Source: an uncultured archaeon
GTDB lineage: Archaea; Asgardarchaeota; Lokiarchaeia; Sigyniarchaeales; SOKP01
Assembly: GCA_964508365.1 (NCBI GenBank)
Contig: CAZDTP010000001.1
Coordinates: forward strand, 1 to 64,000
Length of the DNA stretch: 64,000 nt
Direction of reading: 5' to 3'
Positions 30,879 to 40,317 of this stretch are shown piece after piece; within the stretch, counting starts at the first letter, position 1, and each line of letters starts with the position of its first letter. Position numbers and translations under genes: made by a program. The notes under the pieces were generated by a model, which was not told the DNA's origin, ran no database searches, and saw only the letters and a program-made list of their open reading frames with translations.

Positions 30879-31307
30879 ATGCAAGATTTAGATTATACTG
30901 TTATTAAGTTTTTATATCGAAAGAGTATTCCTTTAAAAGTTGGAAAACTTGCTAAGGAACTCAGTATCCCTCACTCTACATTGGGAAGTTGCATTACGAG
31001 ATTAAAGACAAAAGGACTTGTAAAATACGAAGTTTACCGTGAAGTCGAATTAACTTCAAAGGGTAAAGATTTAGCAATTGAATTAATTAGGCACGCAAGA
31101 CTCTTGGAAATTTTTCTACATACCGAATTAGGTGTAAAACCAGAACTTGCTCATCGCGAAAGTGAAAAATTAAATCTACTTTTTTCATGTGAAACCATAA
31201 ATAAAATTTGTAAGAAATATAAACATCCAAAAAAATGTCCTTGTGGTGATGTGATCTTAAGTTCTAGTAGCTGCGTATGTGAAACTGAGATAAGAAATAG
31301 AATATAA
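30879..31307 (+). CDS. DtxR/MntR-family metal-dependent regulator
   Basis: wHTH, LT..G...A..L.RH.RL.E.FL, E.E.L and C-terminal CPCG motifs. Confidence 0.88.
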   Translation: MQDLDYTVIKFLYRKSIPLKVGKLAKELSIPHSTLGSCITRLKTKGLVKYEVYREVELTSKGKDLAIELIRHARLLEIFLHTELGVKPELAHRESEKLNLLFSCETINKICKKYKHPKKCPCGDVILSSSSCVCETEIRNRI

Positions 31308-31318
31308 GAATTTAACTA

Positions 31319-31804
31319 TTATATAATTTCGTTAGAAGCGTAAGCGGTTAAAATTTGACCAAAAAATAAGTGGTGGGAAGCCATATTTCCAGACTGACAT
31401 GAGTGAACAATTTTGCACTCATAAGCAAGTGAGCAATCTTTTATCGTAGGAACTTTCGTTCTTTTCCCTTCTATAGTTTCCAGTCCAGTTTCCTTAAATT
31501 TATCAACGCTTCTTCCTGAGAGCGAGCCAGTAATGTTTATTGTATCAGCAATTTTTTTAGAAGGAATATTTACTGTAAATTCCCGCACACCTTCAGTTAA
31601 CAACTTGAAAGTATAACGTGACGGCGCTACTGCTATAGTTATCACTGGGATCATCCAAAGCTCTCCAATTGTTTTCCATAGCAGAGCCATTACATTTATT
31701 TGTCCATCATTATCTATAGAAACTACATGAGCAGCTCTAGACATAAAGTAATCTATATATTCATATGGATCGATTTCTCTTCTTCCGTCATCCATTCCAT
31801 TCAT
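31319..31804 (-). CDS. Flavin reductase-like protein
   Basis: N.M, EFTVNIP, G..SG...DKF...GL, ECK, H.LFFG motifs. Confidence 0.88.
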   Translation of the reverse strand: MNGMDDGRREIDPYEYIDYFMSRAAHVVSIDNDGQINVMALLWKTIGELWMIPVITIAVAPSRYTFKLLTEGVREFTVNIPSKKIADTINITGSLSGRSVDKFKETGLETIEGKRTKVPTIKDCSLAYECKIVHSCQSGNMASHHLFFGQILTAYASNEII

Positions 31805-31835
31805 ATTCTAATATAAATATCGCAGTATATAAGAT

Positions 31836-32075
31836 TTAGGCTTTGAAAGGTATATCGTGAATAACTTTATCTATTGCATTTAAGCAAGCTTCCTCCCAGT
31901 CATCATTCGGGTCAATTTCTTTGGTACAGTCTGGACACCAATCGCCAGAATATCCGTCATCGAAATCATCTCTCTCTAAATCGCCATTTAAAATCCCACC
32001 GCAATAGAAGCATTCACCATCGTCGTATCTATCTAAAATTTCTGCTATTAACTCAACTTTTTTCCTATTGTTAAT
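31836..32075 (-). CDS. Small acidic zinc-finger protein, 79 aa (absent from ORF track; apparent ATT start)
   Basis: INNRKKVELIAEILDRYDDGECFYCGGILNGDLERDDFDDGYSGDWCPDCTKEIDPNDDWEEACLNAIDKVIHDIPFKA*. Has CxxC...CxxC; in-frame TGA lies just upstream. The + strand track ORF 31874..32074 is its shadow. Confidence 0.75.
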   Translation of the reverse strand: MNNRKKVELIAEILDRYDDGECFYCGGILNGDLERDDFDDGYSGDWCPDCTKEIDPNDDWEEACLNAIDKVIHDIPFKA

Positions 32076-32170
32076 TTTTCACACCTAATTCTCTATATTA
32101 AAATCTTTATTATAATATTAGTTCAAGATATAAAAAAAGTATAGGTGAAATTTTTATTAAGAAAATTGAA

Positions 32171-33205
32171 TTAAATTACCATCCTTGAAGCGTTGATTAA
32201 GGATTTTTCAGCGTTTTTTACCATGTTATCCATTATATCTTTAATGCTTTCAATAGAATTAATAATCCCAATACTTTGACCCAGTAATACTGCACCATCA
32301 TCGATATTTCCATTGTAAGTCATTTCATAGTGTTTTTGGTCCTCTAGAGCTTTTTCTGGAGTAAGTTGAGCTTCAAGAGCCATCTTTTCTTCTTTATTAG
32401 TTACTACTCCATGGTGAAGTGAGTATTTATTCCTCCAAAGTCTAATCGGTCCTAAAACGCCTGTAACCCAAATAGTGTCATTTGCTCTCGCGGCAGGTAT
32501 AATATTTTTATAATTTTCATGAAACTCACTCTCTTTTGAGGCTATAAATCTAGAACCCATCGCAATCCCTCCTGCTCCAAGTGATAAAGCTGCAGCCATC
32601 CCTTCTCCTGTAGCTATCCCTCCACAGGCTACTATAGGGAGATCAGGATGTTTTTGCTTTACTTGTTGTAACAAAACCAAAGAACTTATTTTTTCATATG
32701 ATTGATGACCTCCTCCTTCCCATCCTGTTACTACTACTCCATCACATCCAGCAACTACGCATTTGTCTGCTAACCATAGGGCAGGTGCTACATGAAAATG
32801 CTTTATATTTGATCCATTATCTCTTAGTTTTTGAAAAGCATTGTTATAAATCATCTTTGGAGTACCGGCGCTAGTGATTATGTAAAGACACTGTTCTTTG
32901 ATCCTTTGATTATTGTTAATGAACCTAGGAATAGCTCGACAAAGCCCTGGCGCATCAGGCTGCATTCTTGATGTTCTAATATTAAACCCGAAAGGTTTAT
33001 CTGTATGCTCGACCACATATTCCATATTTTTTTTCATTTCACTTAAACTACTCTTTCCAAATAAATTAGTATGACTTAATACTCCTAATCCCCCAGCTTC
33101 TGAAACAGCTACCGTTAATTCTGTTGTATAAAAGGGACCCATCGGAGCGGCTATGATAGGATGCTTAATCCCAAACATTTCTGTAATATTAGTCTTTAAA
33201 CCCAA
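32171..33205 (-). CDS. Nitronate monooxygenase/FabK-like flavin oxidoreductase
   Basis: GIKHPIIAAPM, VSEAGGLG, EGGGH, ACGGI, MGSRF motifs. Confidence 0.9.
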   Translation of the reverse strand: MGLKTNITEMFGIKHPIIAAPMGPFYTTELTVAVSEAGGLGVLSHTNLFGKSSLSEMKKNMEYVVEHTDKPFGFNIRTSRMQPDAPGLCRAIPRFINNNQRIKEQCLYIITSAGTPKMIYNNAFQKLRDNGSNIKHFHVAPALWLADKCVVAGCDGVVVTGWEGGGHQSYEKISSLVLLQQVKQKHPDLPIVACGGIATGEGMAAALSLGAGGIAMGSRFIASKESEFHENYKNIIPAARANDTIWVTGVLGPIRLWRNKYSLHHGVVTNKEEKMALEAQLTPEKALEDQKHYEMTYNGNIDDGAVLLGQSIGIINSIESIKDIMDNMVKNAEKSLINASRMVI

Positions 33206-33634
33206 TCTTTTTTCTCCTATAAATTGAAAATTTTCTTATGGAAGTAATATGATATGTATTAATTAATCTTTTTGAACCTTTAAATATGAAAAAATGAAAA
33301 TGTGATGGACAATTATGACTTTCTATACTAAAAAGCTAATTTTTTAAAACATTTTCTTTATTGCGGGAAGAATCCGAAAATACTATTGAAATATAAAATA
33401 ACAATTATAGATACAACAACGAAAACTATCGATAGAACATAAAACTTCTTTTCATTTTAGGACCTTTAATAGGATTTTTATCTCTGTGTTTAGTCCGTAA
33501 AGAATTTGATTTCGCAAATGTAGGTCAAGGTAAAAAATAAATATGCTTATAACTAAGACTTTTTTTGGTTGCACATAGTAATAAAAAGTGGCTATAAAAA
33601 TGTTTTTACTCTTCTAATTTCATCATCAATAACA

Positions 33635-33963
33635 TTAATGTCTTCTAAAGCTTTTTGGTGTAATTTGAACTTCATAAACCATTTTTTCTTCTTTACTAGA
33701 TACTACACCATAGTGTACAGAATAATTATTTCTCCAAAGTCTAATCGGTCCTAAAACGCCTGTAACCCAAATAATATCATTTGCGTCCATATTTGGAACG
33801 ATATTTTTGTAGTTTTCATGAAACTCGCTTTCTTTTGACACGTTGAATCTAAAACCCATTGCGATAGCTCCAGTTCTTAGTGATAAAGCCCCGCCCATCC
33901 CTTCCCTAGTAACAATTCCACCACAGGCTATTAAAGGGATATCAGTATATTTTTGCTTTATTT
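33635..33963 (-). pseudogene. Partial duplicate of the C-terminal part of the adjacent nitronate monooxygenase gene
   Basis: IKQKYTDIPLIACGGIVTREGMGGALSL...SEFHENYKNI...WVTGVLGPIRLWRN parallels 32341-32665 with near-identical nucleotide blocks. No N-terminus; frameshift at PKS/KALED. Confidence 0.85.
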
Positions 33964-34183
33964 AGCCAATTAGAATTTTTCAAACTTGAGATACGATTTT
34001 TAGCATGTTTAATTAATCTTATAGCCATTTTTATCCCCTGCTTCCATCTTCTCAAGATTTTGTTCTAGAAGTTAAATAACTATCGGTTTAGGGACTCGAT
34101 TCAAGGGACATAAAAAATGTTTAAAATATTAGATATATTATTTTAATGCAATTAAACAATGTAAAATAACTAATAAATTCAAA

Positions 34184-34831
34184 TTGTCATTTGATAATAA
34201 AAAAGTTAAGGATTTATTTGACGAATATTCAGAGAATCTTTCATTTTGGTATTTAGATGCATTATTTAGTCAAGCTACTGTAAATTCTCGATATAGAAAA
34301 AATGCAATCAAATTTTTAGATTTAACGCCAAATTCAAATATTATTGATATTGCATGTGGAACGGGATTTAATTTCAAGATCATAGAAAGTTATTTAAAAA
34401 ATAAAGGAACGCTTGTTGGATTAGATATTTCTCCGAAATCTCTTGAATACGCAAAAGGGAGAGTCATTAAAAATAATTGGACAAATATCAAATTAATATG
34501 TGCGAATATCGGCGATAATAATCCCGCTATTCAATTTGATGCAGCTCTTTGTACTTTTGCTATCTCTATAATCCCGGACTATATTGATACAATTGATACT
34601 ATTTATAATTTGCTTAAACCCAAAGGAAGAGTTGCCATCATTGGTATGAAACTTAGCTCTAAATATCCTTTTAAATTATTAAATTCCTTCATAGATAATT
34701 ATTATCTAAAATGGGGCATTAATGTCCATCGCCCAATTATTAAATACATTAAAACTAAATCATTCAAAATTGAATATTATAAGGATTGTCATTTTGGATT
34801 TGAATATATTCTTGGATTAAAAAAGATCTGA
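34184..34831 (+). CDS. Class I SAM-dependent methyltransferase (UbiE-like)
   Basis: IDIACGTG, GLDIS, FDAA, LLKPKGR motifs. Confidence 0.88.
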   Translation: MSFDNKKVKDLFDEYSENLSFWYLDALFSQATVNSRYRKNAIKFLDLTPNSNIIDIACGTGFNFKIIESYLKNKGTLVGLDISPKSLEYAKGRVIKNNWTNIKLICANIGDNNPAIQFDAALCTFAISIIPDYIDTIDTIYNLLKPKGRVAIIGMKLSSKYPFKLLNSFIDNYYLKWGINVHRPIIKYIKTKSFKIEYYKDCHFGFEYILGLKKI

Positions 34832-34893
34832 CTTCATACCAAATATTACTTCTTAGGCGTATTTGATTTTTATCAAAATGGGACGTTTTTGTT

Positions 34894-35328
34894 TTATATT
34901 ATTGGTTTATCTCTACAATACCCCATAACTAATAAAATGAAGATTATAGCACATCCAAGAAGTTCAAAAGCACCAATAGGTAGAAATAAAATAGTAAGGA
35001 TCATGGTAATGAGTAAACTACCCATTCCAATCCAAAATCCCCATAATAAATTTTTCATAAGCCCAATTGCAGAAACCGTTCTCATTATAGTAAAAGCCCA
35101 GAAAAGGGGTGCGAGAGATAAAGGTTGGGTCTCTAAAAGTTGTTGTATTATAGGGATACCCCATTCTAAGTAAAGATTGGGAATGATATTAAATGCAATT
35201 AGGATAATAGCTATGCTATCTGATATTTCTAGTAAGGAGTAGAGTAGCATTGAAATTGATGCTATATAAAGATACTTATTTTCTTTAATTTTATAGGTGT
35301 TTTTGGATTGTTCCATAGATATCTTCAA
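34894..35328 (-). CDS. Hypothetical membrane protein (~4 TM)
   Basis: Hydrophobic helices; co-oriented with the two methyltransferase genes. Confidence 0.7.
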   Translation of the reverse strand: MKISMEQSKNTYKIKENKYLYIASISMLLYSLLEISDSIAIILIAFNIIPNLYLEWGIPIIQQLLETQPLSLAPLFWAFTIMRTVSAIGLMKNLLWGFWIGMGSLLITMILTILFLPIGAFELLGCAIIFILLVMGYCRDKPII

Positions 35329-35345
35329 ATTATTTTAATTATTAT

Positions 35346-35906
35346 CTATTTTAATTTTGATGTCTTTATTAATTTCGGAAATAATGCTCCTGTTCTTTTC
35401 TGGTATTCCTTATATTTTTCACCGAATCGTTTAACAAGATCTATTTCTTCATAGTGAATCATAATGGGAGTATAAATTATGATAAATAATGAGGAAAGAA
35501 TTACCAAGAACCATGAATTAAACATAAAACTCATAGCAGTAAACATAGGAAACTCTCCAAGAGTTTGAGGATGTCTAATATAGTTATAAATTCCACTATA
35601 CATTTTTGTTTCTTTAGAAGGAGTTAGAGTTTCAGCTCCAGCATCCTTCATCCCCCTGATCAGAAGATATGACCCTGGTATCAATATACAGATTCCTATG
35701 ATTATCCCAATCCAGATATTTGAACTGATGATCCACTCATTTACAACAGGAAGAGGAAACCAAATCCAAATGATTAAATTTGCTATAGCAATAAATTCAG
35801 CTAATCCTCCAATTGAGCGGAATTTTTTACAATCTTTCCAAGCTTTGTCACCATATTTTTCTGAACGCTTCATAGGTTGGATACTGAGGGTGTAAAAATA
35901 GCCCAT
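35346..35906 (-). CDS. ICMT/PEMT-family membrane methyltransferase (N-terminus may extend to ~35960)
   Basis: SGIYNYIRHPQT.G and EE..L..RFG..Y.EY...T...FP motifs. Confidence 0.88.
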   Translation of the reverse strand: MGYFYTLSIQPMKRSEKYGDKAWKDCKKFRSIGGLAEFIAIANLIIWIWFPLPVVNEWIISSNIWIGIIIGICILIPGSYLLIRGMKDAGAETLTPSKETKMYSGIYNYIRHPQTLGEFPMFTAMSFMFNSWFLVILSSLFIIIYTPIMIHYEEIDLVKRFGEKYKEYQKRTGALFPKLIKTSKLK

Positions 35907-36071
35907 AACAAAAAATGTGCTTAGTAATAAAATAAAATTTATAATCGAGATTAGTATAAGAGTATTACACCTCTATCAACAATGAATATTATTAAACTGT
36001 AGAAATTAATGAATATATTTAACCTTATTGTAGTCTCTTGATAGACTTGAAATTAACATAATATTGACTAT

Positions 36072-36941
36072 CTATGCCATTCCAATAAAAAATTTAAAGA
36101 ATAATCCCCAATTTTTAGGGTGTACAAAAAAAGCAGGAGTTTTTTTTCTATATTCTGTGTAAGAATCTCCAAATCGATTGATTAATTCTTTTTCTTCTAC
36201 AAAATGAACATGAATATACATTCCAATGTATAAAATCAGAAAAAATATAATTGAATATAGAGTCAATTGGATAATCATTCCTCCAAAACAAAGAAATAAT
36301 ATTCCACTATATGTTGGGTGCCGCAATATTGAATATATCTTATGATCGTGCAATTCACTTTCTTCAGGAAAATAAAGATAAACGACAGTCATGTAGTCAA
36401 TACCAAAAGTTTCTATCGCTCTAAATATCATTACCACTCCCAAAACACATAAAAATCCTCCTAAAAAAAGGCGTATATATTCAAGAGTTGGAGCGATTGG
36501 AGTAATATATGATGTTAATGGAGTTATGAATACCCAGAAAGGGGATTGTGACCAGAAACTAAGATTCCATAAATAAAAAGGAATAAAATTATGTAGCAAA
36601 ATACTAAAAATGACGACGACACCTCCGAATCCCGCAAGAAATACTCTTTGATAGGATAATTGACCATATTTCGCTTTTAAACGATCCCGATGGTACCACA
36701 TTTGATATACTAAAAAAATCGCTAATGAAGCCATCAACATTACGCCTAAGATTGGAAAGGAGATACTTAAATATCCCAACATACCCTCAAAAGGAATTAC
36801 TGTTGGTAAAAGATCAAAATAGAGTTGGATAGTTAAACTAATGGTAAAAACGGAGATTATATATAACGGAAGCATAATTATCTTTTTACCTGAGAACTTT
36901 GGAATCTTTTCTCGAAACTTTTTTGCCCCTTTAATATTCAT
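36072..36941 (-). CDS. ICMT/PEMT-family membrane methyltransferase
   Basis: IYSILRHPTYSG, EEKELINRFGDSY.EY...TPAF motifs. Confidence 0.88.
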   Translation of the reverse strand: MNIKGAKKFREKIPKFSGKKIIMLPLYIISVFTISLTIQLYFDLLPTVIPFEGMLGYLSISFPILGVMLMASLAIFLVYQMWYHRDRLKAKYGQLSYQRVFLAGFGGVVVIFSILLHNFIPFYLWNLSFWSQSPFWVFITPLTSYITPIAPTLEYIRLFLGGFLCVLGVVMIFRAIETFGIDYMTVVYLYFPEESELHDHKIYSILRHPTYSGILFLCFGGMIIQLTLYSIIFFLILYIGMYIHVHFVEEKELINRFGDSYTEYRKKTPAFFVHPKNWGLFFKFFIGMA

Positions 36942-37230
36942 CTTGTTTAACCCATTTATTTTTTATTCAGTTCAATTTTTAAAATTGGTAGAAATTAGCT
37001 TGTAATTTTAAATTTATTTAAAATATGTATGATTAGTTTTTTAATAATCATTTTCCGGGCAACTTGTAGTTAATTATAGTACATCTGGCACGGTATTAAA
37101 AATTGTGTTTTATTCTAGGCATTTTGGTAATGTCTGTTTCAATAACCATTTTTCATCCCCTCACATTTATTTTAAATTATGTATTAATGATTGGTGCAAT
37201 TATACATTATAATCAACAAAAATAGAAATA

Positions 37231-38202
37231 GTGAATAAAACGAGTCCAGACATAATTAGTTTAGGTGAATTATTGGTCGAAATAATGCGCACGGAAATTG
37301 ATGTACCACACGGAAGAATTGGTTCTTATTACAAAGGTCCATTTCCTAGTGGAGCTCCAGCAATTTTCATAGATTCTGTAGCTCGGATGTCAGTACCATT
37401 TAAATTTTCAACAGGGTTTATAGGTGCAGTTGGAAATGATGAGTTTGGTGAAACTATAATTGAGAAAATAAAAAATGACAATGTTGATGTATCCAAAATA
37501 AAAGTGAATGAAAACAGACCCACGGGAATTGCGTTTAATCAATATAATTCTGATGGTTCTCGAAAATTTATTTTTTCTGCAGGTGCTGCGGGACAAATAT
37601 CTCCTGAGGATCTTGAAAAAGATTATTTTTCGAATATTAAAGCTCTTCACATTATGGGAAGTTCCCTTTCAATAAGTGAGAGTTCCCGAAAATCGTGTTA
37701 TAAAGCAGTAGAAATTGCAAACTCAATAAATCCGCAAGTAGTTATCTCATTTGATCCAAATTTAAGACCAGAAATGCTAGATATAAAGACGATAATAGAA
37801 ATATCTAAACCAGTATTAGACAGGACTACTATATTATTCCCAAGTGGAGAAGAAGCAGAAATGTTAGCTGGAATCAAGGGAGAAGTAAATGCATGTAAGG
37901 AATTAATAAAGAAAGGTTTAAAACTAGTCGTTTTGAAACAAGGAAAAGAAGGGTGTACTATATTTTCTTCTGGATTAGCAGACGATATAAGGGTTCCAGG
38001 ATTTAAAGTTGAGGAAACAGACCCTACTGGAGCGGGTGATTCTTTTGATGGAGCTTTTATTGTTGGTTATTTAGCAGGATGGGATTTAAAAAGAGTTGGA
38101 ATGTTTGCAAATGCCGCTGGAGCTCTGAAAGTTCAGTTTTTTGGTCCGATGCCAAATACTTCTTATAATGAAGTAATAAATTTAACAAAAAAAAAGAAGT
38201 AG
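37231..38202 (+). CDS. PfkB-family carbohydrate kinase
   Basis: GELLVE, PSGAP, G.VG.DEFG, DPNLR, DPTGAGDSF motifs. Confidence 0.93.
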   Translation: MNKTSPDIISLGELLVEIMRTEIDVPHGRIGSYYKGPFPSGAPAIFIDSVARMSVPFKFSTGFIGAVGNDEFGETIIEKIKNDNVDVSKIKVNENRPTGIAFNQYNSDGSRKFIFSAGAAGQISPEDLEKDYFSNIKALHIMGSSLSISESSRKSCYKAVEIANSINPQVVISFDPNLRPEMLDIKTIIEISKPVLDRTTILFPSGEEAEMLAGIKGEVNACKELIKKGLKLVVLKQGKEGCTIFSSGLADDIRVPGFKVEETDPTGAGDSFDGAFIVGYLAGWDLKRVGMFANAAGALKVQFFGPMPNTSYNEVINLTKKKK

Positions 38203-38218
38203 TTTTCCTTAACTAACT

Positions 38219-40204
38219 TTACTTTAAATGTAGAGAATATACTTGAGCACCAACTATTTGATCGTCCTTAATTGTATAGTATCTAAATCCTGGGGGTTTA
38301 AATTTGAATTTAGCAGATAGAGGACCAACCGCTTGCGTTTGAAATACAAAGGGCTTATTAGCGTCAAACCATGCTTTTAAATCGAGTGGATTTTTGATTT
38401 CTTTAAATTTATCCCGATATCGTGAGGTGTAAATTTCACACGGTACTTCAATGTAAATTGGGAAAAACCAAAAACCAAAATTAATCCTCTCTGTATCTTT
38501 AGCTTCTCTTAATCGGTACTCTTTTAAAGTATGAGTATGCCCACACATAACAATATCTACTTTTCTCCTAACAACCTTATCTGATCCAGTAAAGATTTTC
38601 AAAACGGTAGACCAGTTATACATAATTGTTTGATATTTGAGATTAAGTATCTTATCCAATCTTCCAGTATCATTATATTTTCTTAAATTGCTTTCGTAAA
38701 AATCTTCCCATTTTAAAGGTCGATTTTTAATATTTAAAACTTTTTTATATTTTCTCCTTTTGTATCCACTAAGGTTTGGGGAAACTGGAGGTGTATGCAT
38801 AACTACTATCACCTTTTCATTATGGGCTAATTGAATAAAAGCACGTAATAAATCTACTTGGTATTCTTTAATTCCTTTTGTGCTTGGCCCACCTTTTAAT
38901 AAATCATGCATATCTGCAATTGAATCTTGACCTGTATCAAGGAATATAAAGTTATAATGATCTCCTATTTTAAGATTAAAGTTGAGATTCGGATTGATAT
39001 ATCTAAAATAATCCTTTAAATATTTGTCTCTCGACCTAAGAGCAGTGAAATAGTTGAAGAATTTAGTATCATAATATCCCTTTACATCTGAATGAGTCAT
39101 CCCGAAAATTTTATGAATTTGACCAAAACGCATCCCATAGTGTTCCCTTCGATAATCGTGGTTCCCCACTGTTGTAAAAATTGGAACCATAATTTCTTGG
39201 GAATTAACAAATTCTTCATCAGAACCCAAAAATGGTGGCTTTTCCAATCCTTTATTCCTTCCAAGCAAAATATCTAAAAAAACAAGAAAATTATTCTTAT
39301 ATTGATAATTACCTCTAGCGATATTCAGGTAATCTATTAAATCTCCAGTCATTAACATGAAATCTAAGTCCTTCTGCGAGGACTTTGTGTTTGCAAAATC
39401 GATTAACATTCTCAAATTGGAATTGAAGTTAAATTTTGCTCTTCTTAAATCGTCGTATCGATCTTCTTGAAATTCCTCTTTAAACTCGAAATTTCTCGTA
39501 AGAACTAGTGTATCTATTCTCTTCTTTTTTTTTTCATCGGTTCCACATCGCTCTATCTTAGATCTTGCATTATTTTTTAAATAATTTAATATAAAGTCAT
39601 TTCTTCGAGCAATATGAAAGTCAGTCGCGTGAATGAAACTGAAATCATTCCAATCTTTATCAAAAATAGCGATGCTATGGTAGTTAACTTTATTCTCGGT
39701 TAAATTAGGGATATCATGTACAATATCAAATAAGAGAAAATCTCTATTTACCTCTTTTAGCAATTTCTCAATCGCTAAAATATCACGAATTTCAAACTTA
39801 ATTCTATAGAGTTCTTCTCTTTTTCCAAATACATCGTCAAATTGAAATACACAATTATTAATATCCCATACAATACAATTCTCTTCTTCTAAAATGGGTT
39901 GATCTCGGAAATCTAATTTTTCTATTTTTTCGATTTGAACTAGATGTAAGTCGATTAAGTCTCCTCTTCTCTTTTCAAAATCACCCCTCTCTTTCAAAAT
40001 TGGCTGAATAAATAAATTTAGGTGAAAATGCTCAAGAATATTCTTAGTTGAATGAATTTTAGATGCAATAATGAGGGCTTCGAATGATAAATTTTTAATT
40101 GGAAACTGAGCTTCTTGTTTATAATCTCTCAAATTTAATAATACAGGTTTTCCAATATTCGGAGATATAATTATAGGATAAATTCCTAGTTCTAGATCAA
40201 TCAA
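38219..40204 (-). CDS. Large calcineurin-like metallophosphoesterase
   Basis: HATDFH, TGDLID, GNHD, HTPP, GHTH motifs. Confidence 0.85.
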   Translation of the reverse strand: MIDLELGIYPIIISPNIGKPVLLNLRDYKQEAQFPIKNLSFEALIIASKIHSTKNILEHFHLNLFIQPILKERGDFEKRRGDLIDLHLVQIEKIEKLDFRDQPILEEENCIVWDINNCVFQFDDVFGKREELYRIKFEIRDILAIEKLLKEVNRDFLLFDIVHDIPNLTENKVNYHSIAIFDKDWNDFSFIHATDFHIARRNDFILNYLKNNARSKIERCGTDEKKKKRIDTLVLTRNFEFKEEFQEDRYDDLRRAKFNFNSNLRMLIDFANTKSSQKDLDFMLMTGDLIDYLNIARGNYQYKNNFLVFLDILLGRNKGLEKPPFLGSDEEFVNSQEIMVPIFTTVGNHDYRREHYGMRFGQIHKIFGMTHSDVKGYYDTKFFNYFTALRSRDKYLKDYFRYINPNLNFNLKIGDHYNFIFLDTGQDSIADMHDLLKGGPSTKGIKEYQVDLLRAFIQLAHNEKVIVVMHTPPVSPNLSGYKRRKYKKVLNIKNRPLKWEDFYESNLRKYNDTGRLDKILNLKYQTIMYNWSTVLKIFTGSDKVVRRKVDIVMCGHTHTLKEYRLREAKDTERINFGFWFFPIYIEVPCEIYTSRYRDKFKEIKNPLDLKAWFDANKPFVFQTQAVGPLSAKFKFKPPGFRYYTIKDDQIVGAQVYSLHLK

Positions 40205-40317
40205 TGCACAAAACTTCGATGAAATTAACTTAATAATTATTAATTGATTTCTTTTATTAAAATAATTTAGTTAGAATAATTTTTATATAACAATTTCTTG
40301 AAGCATGTGTTCTTATA

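Noticed and set aside
33940-34115. Minus-strand fragments MAIRLIKHAKNRIS and LEQNLEKMEAGDKNG resembling a decayed toxin-antitoxin pair
   Set aside because: Too short and broken to support; the match to a DUF4258-like start could be chance.
37040-37165. Short minus-strand frame MVIETDITKMPRIKHNF* preceded by GAGGGG
   Set aside because: Only 17 codons before a stop, with no recognisable motif; it may be a decayed gene but cannot be supported.
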